DNA of 39,819 nucleotides, from the NCBI GenBank assembly GCA_965603505.1, contig CBFDDG010000001.1, positions 1-39,819 on the forward strand, read 5' to 3'. The notes under the pieces were generated by a model, which saw only the letters and a list, made by a program, of their open reading frames with translations, ran no database searches and was not told the origin of the DNA. The stretch is from an uncultured Phycisphaerae bacterium. GTDB lineage: Bacteria; Planctomycetota; Phycisphaerae; Sedimentisphaerales; Anaerobacaceae. Positions 32,756 through 39,819 of this stretch are shown here, piece by piece (within the stretch, counting starts at the first letter, position 1; each line of letters starts with the position of its first letter). Both the position numbers and the translations under genes were made by a program.

Positions 32756-33811
32756 TCAGATCCTCCGCCCGCTGCCTGCGAGTTGCTCGGCGACTCGCGA
32801 GTAGACCTCGTCCAGCGTGATGTGTTCGATGGCGTGCGCGGGGTCGCGGCTCTTGATGGCGAGGCCTCGGCTCGATGCATCCCGCGCGACAACACACTCC
32901 GGGCGACCGTAGGGACCGACCCGGAACGGATTCGACCAACTGAACATCATGACGAGCGGTCGGCCAAGGGCAGCGGCGATGTGGCCGGGCCCCGTGTCGT
33001 TGCACACCACGAGACTTGCGCGTCGAAGCACCTCCGTCAACTCCGACAGCGAGGTCCGGCCGGCAAGATTCGCGATGGGATGCCGCGCCAGGCTTTGTAT
33101 CCGCTCGATCATCGCGCCTTCGGACTTGCTGCCGGTGGCTGCGACGGCCAAGCCGTGCTCCGAGGCAAGGCGGTCGGCCAGCGAGGCGAATCGATCGGCG
33201 GGCCAGCATTTGCTGACCTGGGCCGAGCCCGGGACAATCACAGCGTAACGCTCAACACCGACGTTGTGATGGGTCAACAGGTCGCGTGCCGCGACGGCGG
33301 CTTCAGGCCTCTCAGGCAAAACGAATTCCACGCTGAGATCGGATGCGCCGATCGTGTCGACGAGCTTGAGATAGTAGTCGACGACATGGACCCACTCCAT
33401 CCGCGCCGGAATCGTTTTCGTGTAAAAATGGTGAGCGAACTCGCGGCCCCAAACCGGCCCGACGCGGTGCTTGCAGCCGGAAAGCCACGCCAGCGAGGCC
33501 GTGCGGAAGAGCCCTTGCAGGTCGATCACGGCATCGAACCGGTCGTGACGCAGCCGAGAGATCAAAGACAGCAGTTCGCGAAATGCGGCCGGATGACGCC
33601 ATGCCTTGCCAAGGAACTTGCGATCGAAGAGGATGATTTCATCGAGGTGCGGGTGGCCCTCGATCAACGACGCAAAGGCCGGACGGATCAGCCAGCTTAT
33701 CCGCGCCTGCGGAAGACTCCTGCGCAGCGCCGACAACGCCGGCAGCGCCAGCACGATATCGCCCAACGAACTGGGCTTGATCAGCAGGATGTTCTGGTAC
33801 GCGTTCGACAT
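32756..33811 (-). CDS. glycosyltransferase family 9 (ADP-heptose:LPS heptosyltransferase-like)
   Basis: 351-aa ORF starting at an ATG. The N-terminal ILLIKPSSLGDIVLALPALSALRR...ISWLIRP and the C-terminal ...VCNDTGPGHIAAALGRPLVMMF are GT9 hallmarks. Confidence 0.88.
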   Translation of the reverse strand: MSNAYQNILLIKPSSLGDIVLALPALSALRRSLPQARISWLIRPAFASLIEGHPHLDEIILFDRKFLGKAWRHPAAFRELLSLISRLRHDRFDAVIDLQGLFRTASLAWLSGCKHRVGPVWGREFAHHFYTKTIPARMEWVHVVDYYLKLVDTIGASDLSVEFVLPERPEAAVAARDLLTHHNVGVERYAVIVPGSAQVSKCWPADRFASLADRLASEHGLAVAATGSKSEGAMIERIQSLARHPIANLAGRTSLSELTEVLRRASLVVCNDTGPGHIAAALGRPLVMMFSWSNPFRVGPYGRPECVVARDASSRGLAIKSRDPAHAIEHITLDEVYSRVAEQLAGSGRRI

Positions 33812-34207
33812 AAGCGCCGGATTCTATGCGATAGCCGATGCAGAGGCAACGAGCGTCTTGATGTGGGCGATCGGATCGGGCGATTGAGAGCCAGTTCAGA
33901 ACTTGCGGGGCCAGGATGACCGGCAACAGAGCGAGAATCCGAACCGCCGAGGAGGAATTGCCGGTCGGGGTGCGTCGAAAGGGTGCCAAAATGTTGCGGC
34001 TTCAGCGGATTGGCGTGTCTGGGGGCCTTTCTGGCAGGCGTATGGGCCGTGCTGGTGACCAGATGTGTTGAAATCGAGGCCCCTATTGTGGTATTATTAA
34101 CCCTGTGGCGTGCAGGAGTACCGATTATGACGTTAAACGGCAAATCCCCGTTCATTATCAAAAACCATGTCGTCGGGGCGTGGATTCTCACTTTAAGGAG
34201 GACTAAC

Positions 34208-35980
34208 ATGTCTGGAAAACCGCTTCTGTTTCTGGCGGCGATCGCGGTCCTCGCCCTGGCCGGATTGGCTAACGCGATAGCGATCCCCAATCCCGGCTTC
34301 GAGGGCGAAAACACGGCGTGGGCAATGTCCGACACCGGGTCTGACGCAGGCTTTTCACAGGTCCTGGCTGACACCTTGCCGGCGGGAGCCGGAGCGATGG
34401 TGCAGGTGGCGGACCCGATCCTGGTCTGGTCGGACGAGTTTGACGCGGACGGGTTGCCGGACGCGTCGAAGTGGATGTATGACGTGGGCGGCGATGGTTG
34501 GGGCAACAACGAGGAACAGTTCTACACGGAAGCCCGGTTGGAGAACGCCCGTGTTGAGAGCGGCCTTCGTGTTGAGAACGGCGTTCGTGTTAAGAGCGGC
34601 GTTTTGATCATTGAGGCGCACAAGGAGCAGTGGCTGGCGAATCCGGTCTTCCAGAGTTACAACGACTACACCTCCGCGCGTCTGGTTTCGAAGGGAAGTG
34701 GTGACTGGCTGTACGGGCGCATTGAAGTCCGTGCGAAGCTGCCGGCCGGCCGGGGAACCTGGCCGGCCATCTGGATGCTTCCAACGGGCGACGCTTATGG
34801 TCGCTGGCCGCGCAGCGGGGAAATCGACATCATGGAGCATGTGGGGTACGACATGGGCCAGGTCCATGGGAGCCTGCATTCGTTGGCCCACAACTGGACG
34901 ACCGGGACCCAGCCAACCGGCTCGACGGTCCTCGCGGATGTGGATACCGCATTTCACGATTATGCCATCGAGTGGAGCCCGGGGTGCATGAGCTTTCTCA
35001 TCGACGGAAGCGAGTACTTTTCAGCGACCAACCCGGGGACAGACTGGGAGGAATGGCCCTATGATCAGCCCTTCTACCTGATCCTGAATCTCGCCGTGGG
35101 TGGTTTCTGGGGTGGGCAACAGGGGATCGATCCCAACATCTGGCCTCAGCGCATGGAAGTGGATTATGTCCGGGTATATGACCTTGGCGATTCCGTCATG
35201 GTGAACACGGACGGCGACGAGCTTCCCAATGCGACAGACCCGGATGATGACAATGACGGATTGACCGACGCGGAAGAACACGGATTCGGGACGAACCTCC
35301 TGGTAACGGACACAGATGGAGACGGTTACAGCGACTTTGAGGAAGTCGAGGCGGGCAGCAGTCCCTTATCGAGTGGCTCCATCCCGGGTGGCGGTAAGAG
35401 GCTTCTGGTCAACGCCGATTTTCTTCTCGGCGAGGATCCTTGGATCATCCATACCAATAAATTGAACACCGACGGCAACTGGAGCGGTATGGCCGGATCC
35501 TGGGGCGGTGCGTACGCAGTCTCGGATTATGTCAGCAGCCCCGGGGGAGGGGATATCATTTTCTCCAACTATATCGAGCCGGAGGTTCCCAACGCCGAGC
35601 ACTTGCTCTACCAGGAATGGCAGACGGCGACCCTGGGCCTTGCCCCGGGGGATGTCATCCGGTTCCGTGGAGTCGCCTCCAGCACCGCTTCAACTGAAGG
35701 CTTTGTGACGGAGGCCTTTATCCGGGTGCTGGACCGTTCCTTCCAGATGCTCCCCGACTCGGTCGGGGTGGCGATCGGCCCGGAGACAGCCGCCTTTGAA
35801 TTGGAGACCACCCTTGAGGAGGGGACCATCAATGTCGTCCAGGCGGGTGTCCTGATCAAGGGTTCCACCTCGCAGACCGCAACGATCACATTTACAGGCC
35901 TCGAGGTCACGCTCAACGAGGAAACCACACTTCATGTAGACGACGACAGTCTGAGCGACCCCGGCCCCATGACCCCTTAA
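34208..35980 (+). CDS. secreted glycoside hydrolase family 16 (laminarinase/beta-glucanase-like) with thrombospondin type-3-like Ca-binding repeats and C-terminal beta-sandwich domain
   Basis: The track ORF is 33983..35980. The ATG at 34208 has AAGGAGG (34195-34201) 6 nt upstream and gives the signal peptide MSGKPLLFLAAIAVLALAGLANA. GH16 motifs are LVWSDEFD, WPAIWMLP and the catalytic EIDIME. D-rich repeats DPDDDNDGLTDAEE and DTDGDGYSDFEE are also present. Confidence 0.88.
   Translation: MSGKPLLFLAAIAVLALAGLANAIAIPNPGFEGENTAWAMSDTGSDAGFSQVLADTLPAGAGAMVQVADPILVWSDEFDADGLPDASKWMYDVGGDGWGNNEEQFYTEARLENARVESGLRVENGVRVKSGVLIIEAHKEQWLANPVFQSYNDYTSARLVSKGSGDWLYGRIEVRAKLPAGRGTWPAIWMLPTGDAYGRWPRSGEIDIMEHVGYDMGQVHGSLHSLAHNWTTGTQPTGSTVLADVDTAFHDYAIEWSPGCMSFLIDGSEYFSATNPGTDWEEWPYDQPFYLILNLAVGGFWGGQQGIDPNIWPQRMEVDYVRVYDLGDSVMVNTDGDELPNATDPDDDNDGLTDAEEHGFGTNLLVTDTDGDGYSDFEEVEAGSSPLSSGSIPGGGKRLLVNADFLLGEDPWIIHTNKLNTDGNWSGMAGSWGGAYAVSDYVSSPGGGDIIFSNYIEPEVPNAEHLLYQEWQTATLGLAPGDVIRFRGVASSTASTEGFVTEAFIRVLDRSFQMLPDSVGVAIGPETAAFELETTLEEGTINVVQAGVLIKGSTSQTATITFTGLEVTLNEETTLHVDDDSLSDPGPMTP
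34550..34603 (+). repeat. in-frame tandem repeat, 3 x 18 nt, inside the GH16 catalytic domain
   Basis: The three units are cgtgttgagagcggcctt, cgtgttgagaacggcgtt and cgtgttaagagcggcgtt. They encode RVESGL, RVENGV and RVKSGV. A partial fourth copy (ttggagaacgcc) lies just upstream. Confidence 0.8.
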
Positions 35981-36144
35981 CCGAATAATACGGGACGTCT
36001 TGATCTGCCGATCGATGATGACCCGGACGGGCAGGTGGAACGCTGGGACCCCAAGACAGGGTTATGTAAAGGTGTCTAAGTACCGAGACGCGCGGGTTAT
36101 CTGATATGATATAACTCGGACGACACGAAAAGGAGTGACTGGGC

Positions 36145-36621
36145 ATGCAGACGAAGGAGCGGTACGTTTACGAGTGGCCGCGACCGATGGTGACCGTGGA
36201 TTCGGCGGTCTTCGCGTTCTTCGACGGCCAACCGAAGCTATTGCTGATTCAGCGCAAGAACGAGCCTTACAGGGATTGCTGGGCGCTGCCCGGGGGATTC
36301 GTTGAGATGGATGAAGACCTACCGGAGGCGGCGGCCCGGGAACTCGCGGAGGAGACCGGACTGACAAATGTCCCTCTGGAGCAACTGCGCGCGTTCGGCC
36401 GGCCCGGCCGCGATCCGCGGGGCCGGACCATCACGGTCGTCTATTTCGGGATCGCCGAAAGGGACCGGGACCGGATCCGAGCGGCCGATGACGCCGCCCA
36501 TGTGCAGTGGTGCGGTATCGACAACCTGCCGGCAATGGCCTTTGACCACGACGAGATCGCACACCAGGCCATCGAGAGACTGAAGCAAACGGACGCCTAT
36601 CGAAAGCATGCACGCACATAG
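36145..36621 (+). CDS. NUDIX hydrolase (ADP-ribose pyrophosphatase-like)
   Basis: 158-aa ORF containing the Nudix box GGFVEMDEDLPEAAARELAEETGL (GX5EX7REUXEEXGU). AAGGAG lies upstream of the ATG. Confidence 0.88.
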   Translation: MQTKERYVYEWPRPMVTVDSAVFAFFDGQPKLLLIQRKNEPYRDCWALPGGFVEMDEDLPEAAARELAEETGLTNVPLEQLRAFGRPGRDPRGRTITVVYFGIAERDRDRIRAADDAAHVQWCGIDNLPAMAFDHDEIAHQAIERLKQTDAYRKHART

Positions 36622-36670
36622 AATGTCCCTCGCACACCCTGCAACCGCCCATGGCGCGCGTCGATGGACG

Positions 36671-38611
36671 TCAGCCGGCCCAGGAGCTGGATTCCCTCAC
36701 CTCGTGGTTGAAGGTCTTCAACTGCCTGTCAATGGCGCTGAGGGCCCAATCGATGTAGTGAAGCTTGTGGACCGGACGAAAATGGCGCTCGTTCAGAAGC
36801 CCGCGTCGGACCGCATCCACAAATCGCGAGATCGTTCGGCTGCCGATCTCCGTCGGATGTACCGCCCACTCCTTCAAATGCTGATATTGACGGGCGAGGT
36901 GAGGATCGCGCTGCATCTGCTCGGCCGTGAGATATTCGCCCGGGTTGTAGGCCAACTGCAACCCCTTCAGGCACAGGATCAGCGGCTCGTAGTTGACGCG
37001 TTTCTGCAGGCGGATGAACTTGTACTGCTGCACGTGTGTCGTGGCCTGCACGGGCGGCTTGTCGGCGATCTCCCCGCCACCGGCTCCCATGTACCAGTTC
37101 CGCCGGCTGGTTCGGGCAAAGACGAACTCTTCGCCGTACGTGTATTGCGTGATCTCATCCTGTCCGATGCGGGAGATCCACATGCCCCCAGGCTTTCGCA
37201 CCGGCCCCCCACCGAGGGCCAGCAGGCACTTGACGAACCCCAGTGGCAGAGTGCGCTGTCGGCCAATCTGATTCTTGCGCAACTGAAAGGACAGATGCAG
37301 GCTGTGCGGACCGATCTGGTAGAAGGCTACCAACTCGTTGATGAGTTGACCCAGGAGCCAGGGGTCAGCGGTCGCCGGCCGGGAGAGCTCACCCGCAATG
37401 CTGAGCCGGCCTGGGGCGATCTCGAAGAATCCGAGTCGGCGAGGCCGGTCCGTGTAGCCGCTGTGGTCGTCGACATAGCCGCCGAGTTTCCAGCACAGAA
37501 CGTCCAGGCGGAAATCATAAAAGTACTTGAATCCATTGTAGATGGCGTCGAAGGCCTGGGTCGCGCTTCGCTTCGGCTCGACCGCAGCGGCCCCCACGTT
37601 GCTCAACTCCAATTCACATCCGAGGGGCATCAGCCCGGGCTGCAGGTTGGACCGAATACGGGTGAGGTGGGCCTCGGCCACTCTCGAATCGAAGATGCTC
37701 TTGGAGGCTCGCACCGCGTACTTGACGTAGTTGATCAGGTCGTTTTGCTTGCAGGGCATGGTGTCAAGGCCCTTCTGGATGAGCGGCCCAACGACATCCC
37801 GGTTGGTGTTGATCATCTGCAGGGAGGCCAGCAGGCTGACCGAGCGAGTGAAGTACCGCTCGCTGGTCCGCATGTGCTCCAGTTCGAAACGGAAGCGATT
37901 CTGCATCCGTTCCTCGAACTGGTTCAGCAGGACCTGCCGGATCACCAGGGCCAGGTAATTCCGCAGATACGGCTGGGCTTCGGCGTCGTTGCACAGATGC
38001 CTGATGCTGGGCCGAGGCCGGTCCAGTTCATGTTCGAGGTAGTAGTCGCTGACCGCGTCACGCTGGTAATGGCTCATGATGAGGTCCCGCTCCGTGGTGG
38101 CCAGCAGCTCACGCTCCGCTTGGCGTTCCATCTCGGCGTCGACGGTTCGTTCCCCGGGACGGGTGTGCTTCTTCAGGAATCGGTCGATTCGCTTGCGCAG
38201 CCACAGCTCATGAATGAGGTTGACGTGGAAGCGATCGCCGAAGTGCTTTCGCATGGATTCGGCCGTGACGAGATACGCCTGCGCCTCCACCGCGCCGTGG
38301 GCGGTACGGACCCGAACGGTTTCCCTCTGGTACCGTTTGCCCTCGTAGCGGTCGATCTCGGCCATGGCGGCGGGCGCCACGTCGTGGATGACAAGCCCCT
38401 CGATCCTCGATGCCTGGGCGGGGACCGCGTAGAAGTAGACGTTGTCGGGACTTACCCGGCGGTGACGGGGCAGGAACGCCGGCTCGGCAAAGAGGGTCTT
38501 ATCGTCAATCCTGGAGGGTCTGCGTGTAAAGGCGAGGCCGCTGACCGACTGGAAAATCCTGCTGTCCCGTAGTGACCCGTAGATGAAGAGGTTCGCTTTC
38601 TGGTTCTGCAT
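36671..38611 (-). CDS. gamma-glutamylcyclotransferase (GGCT/AIG2)-like N-terminal domain fused to a ~520-aa domain of unknown function
   Basis: 646-aa ORF. The N-terminal LFIYGSLRDSRIF...IEGLVIH...EIDRYEGKRYQRETVRV...AQAYL follows the GGCT/AIG2-like pattern (YGSL ... Y/E ... AxxY). I recognise no family in the rest. Its amino-acid composition is far more protein-like than that of the fully overlapping plus-strand ORF 36608..38572. Confidence 0.7.
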   Translation of the reverse strand: MQNQKANLFIYGSLRDSRIFQSVSGLAFTRRPSRIDDKTLFAEPAFLPRHRRVSPDNVYFYAVPAQASRIEGLVIHDVAPAAMAEIDRYEGKRYQRETVRVRTAHGAVEAQAYLVTAESMRKHFGDRFHVNLIHELWLRKRIDRFLKKHTRPGERTVDAEMERQAERELLATTERDLIMSHYQRDAVSDYYLEHELDRPRPSIRHLCNDAEAQPYLRNYLALVIRQVLLNQFEERMQNRFRFELEHMRTSERYFTRSVSLLASLQMINTNRDVVGPLIQKGLDTMPCKQNDLINYVKYAVRASKSIFDSRVAEAHLTRIRSNLQPGLMPLGCELELSNVGAAAVEPKRSATQAFDAIYNGFKYFYDFRLDVLCWKLGGYVDDHSGYTDRPRRLGFFEIAPGRLSIAGELSRPATADPWLLGQLINELVAFYQIGPHSLHLSFQLRKNQIGRQRTLPLGFVKCLLALGGGPVRKPGGMWISRIGQDEITQYTYGEEFVFARTSRRNWYMGAGGGEIADKPPVQATTHVQQYKFIRLQKRVNYEPLILCLKGLQLAYNPGEYLTAEQMQRDPHLARQYQHLKEWAVHPTEIGSRTISRFVDAVRRGLLNERHFRPVHKLHYIDWALSAIDRQLKTFNHEVRESSSWAG

Positions 38612-38650
38612 AGCCGCTCTGTTGTGCGGACAGCCCCCACCAAGAGAATG

Positions 38651-39394
38651 TCACGAGTCGGCCCGGATGCGCCGCCGGAGCTTCAGGAGTTCCTTGAACG
38701 CGCGAAGCACGACCCGCACGTTGGCGCCCGTCTGCCGGCCGGCCGTCCGCGGATAATGGTGCACTCCTCTCTGTGTAATCGTATACCCTTGCCTGGCGGC
38801 ACGGGCCAGAATCTCCGTGTCGATCAAGGCCCCCGTACTCTCCATCTTGATATTGTCAAAAACCACTCTCTTATAGAGCTTGAACGCACAGTCAATATCG
38901 CGCAGGCTCAGCGAGAACACGAGCCCGGCGACCCTGGTCCAGAGCCACCCGCTGATCTTACGGGCGGCGTTGTCCTGCCGGTTCACGCGATAGCAACTGA
39001 TGATATCATATTCCCGAATCAAAGGCAAGAGCGGGGGCAGTTCGGCCAGATCGAACTGTCCATCGCCATCCGTATAGAAGACGAGTTCCTTCGTGGCCGC
39101 CCGAAAGCCGGACTGGAGAGCCGCACCGTAGCCGAGGTTGTGCGGATGATGGATGACCCGTACCCGTTTGTGCTCCGCAGCGATCCGCTCGGCGATTCGA
39201 CCGGTATCATCGGAGCTACCGTCATTCACAATAATGACTTCGTAATCCGCTCCCAGGCCCTCCATGACCTGGATCGCCTGCTTCGCCACCCGCTCTACGT
39301 TGCCCTGCTCGTTATAGCAGGGGAAAAAGACGCTGATGGAGACGAGGGGCTTCGCACCGGCCTGCAGGTCCTGCGGACCCTCGGGCTCAACCAT
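38651..39394 (-). CDS. glycosyltransferase family 2 (polyprenol-phosphate sugar transferase-like, soluble type)
   Basis: 247-aa ORF with the GT2/GT-A signature: ISVFFPCYNEQGNV...YEVIIVNDGSSDDTGRI...HPHNLGYGAALQSGF...FYTDGDGQFD (DxD). Confidence 0.88.
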   Translation of the reverse strand: MVEPEGPQDLQAGAKPLVSISVFFPCYNEQGNVERVAKQAIQVMEGLGADYEVIIVNDGSSDDTGRIAERIAAEHKRVRVIHHPHNLGYGAALQSGFRAATKELVFYTDGDGQFDLAELPPLLPLIREYDIISCYRVNRQDNAARKISGWLWTRVAGLVFSLSLRDIDCAFKLYKRVVFDNIKMESTGALIDTEILARAARQGYTITQRGVHHYPRTAGRQTGANVRVVLRAFKELLKLRRRIRADS

Positions 39395-39397
39395 GGC

Positions 39398-39819
39398 TCA
39401 CCACCTTTTCGTCAGGGAAATCCCGTTCCGCTCGGCCTCGTAACGCTTGATCCGCCGGCGGTGCGCCTCGGCCGACTTCGCGTCGCCGTTCGCCCGGGCC
39501 ACCTGCTCCAGCCGGATCAGAGCGAGGCGCGCCGCCTCCAGGCGCAGATTGTAACCGTCCTCGTCGGCGTAGACAGCCTTGTTTTCCTCAAAATCCAGCA
39601 CGTACCGTCCACACACTTCATCGACGCGTGGCCGAAGCTCGGCGAACTGTGCCGCAATCAGCAGCATCTCCAGTACGGGCGCGGGGGAGGGCTGGATGTT
39701 GAAGGCGTCAATGACCAATTCGAGACCGTTCTTCTTCCGGGCCGGATCCACAAACAGCAGAAGGTTGTGACCGAGGGCCAGATTGGCCGAATGCTCGTCC
39801 GGATACGTGAGCTTGCCCG
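39398..39819 (-). CDS. hypothetical protein (partial; N-terminus beyond right window edge)
   Basis: The track ORF 39398..39751 begins at an internal GTG. The same frame stays open to the window edge (GKLTYPDEHSANLALGHNLLLFVDPARKKNGLELVIDAFN...). Its stop lies 3 nt before the GT2 start. The segment GHNLLLF....IDAFN is faintly reminiscent of transglutaminase-like/SirB1-type proteins, but that is not secure. Confidence 0.5.
   Translation of the reverse strand, partial: GKLTYPDEHSANLALGHNLLLFVDPARKKNGLELVIDAFNIQPSPAPVLEMLLIAAQFAELRPRVDEVCGRYVLDFEENKAVYADEDGYNLRLEAARLALIRLEQVARANGDAKSAEAHRRRIKRYEAERNGISLTKRW

Noticed and set aside
32445-33919. ORFs 32445..33209 (-, 254 aa) and 32687..33919 (+, 410 aa) overlapping the heptosyltransferase locus.
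   Set aside because: Both give Arg/Pro/Gly-rich shadow translations. The 32756..33811 minus frame has clear GT9 motifs.
33781-34509. 242-aa minus-strand ORF crossing the GT9/GH16 divergent intergenic region, and the 33983 start of the GH16 ORF.
   Set aside because: The minus-strand ORF overlaps two well-supported genes and has a Ser/Pro/Ala/Arg-rich composition. For GH16, the ATG at 34208 has a strong AAGGAGG and yields a proper signal peptide, so 33983-34207 is treated as 5' untranslated/promoter DNA.
35981-36144. AT-rich near-palindrome ttatctgatatgatataa upstream of the NUDIX gene as a possible operator.
   Set aside because: The symmetry is imperfect, with several mismatches on folding back. 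It is more simply explained as an AT-rich -10 region of the NUDIX promoter.
36608-38572. 654-aa plus-strand ORF almost exactly co-extensive with the minus-strand 646-aa gene.
   Set aside because: Its composition is dominated by L/V/G/R/D/A/P with few K/N/Y/F/I, which is typical of an antisense shadow in GC-rich DNA. It has no recognisable motifs and overlaps the NUDIX gene's 3' end. The minus-strand frame has a GGCT-like N-terminus and a balanced composition.

Overview
This is a GC-rich bacterial chromosomal window. Its gene content points to Planctomycetota (inference): DUF1559-like pseudopilin-type proteins with a C-x-x-NLKQ-x-GL motif, dockerin-tagged secreted enzymes and a fragmented dcw cluster. 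I support about 30 protein-coding genes, all but two on the minus strand. By eye I found no rRNA, tRNA, CRISPR array, transposase or integrase. Left part: mnmG (partial), acpS, a PpiC-type PPIase and an HD hydrolase. A REP/REPIN-like cluster of GTAGG-hairpins follows (3462-3720). Next come a secreted GH10 xylanase, a beta-propeller protein, a double-thioredoxin protein, and mfd flanked by two paralogous DUF1559-like proteins. Middle: murG and ftsW are separated by a 1212-aa S8 protease/beta-helix/dockerin gene. Upstream of ftsW lies a ~1 kb non-coding gap with three copies of a conserved hairpin plus T-tract module, then a second beta-helix protein and an orphan receiver domain. Right part holds the most interesting locus, a tightly packed seven-gene minus-strand operon (32387 down to 23748). 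It encodes a zinc-ribbon/TonB-like-anchor/VWA protein, ExbB, two ExbD, a large secreted TPR protein, a J-like (no HPD) membrane protein with a Pro-rich spacer, and a signal-anchored DnaJ-type CxxCxGxG zinc-finger protein. I see no recognisable TonB C-terminal domain in it. I read it as a Ton/Tol-like proton-motive-force motor wired to unusual partners. The window ends with a GT9 heptosyltransferase, a GH16 glucanase, a NUDIX hydrolase, and an operon of a partial unknown gene, a GT2 and a GGCT-like fusion protein. Many long ORFs in the track are antisense shadows typical of GC-rich DNA and were rejected. The track also translates TTG/GTG starts as M, so several N-termini were re-evaluated.
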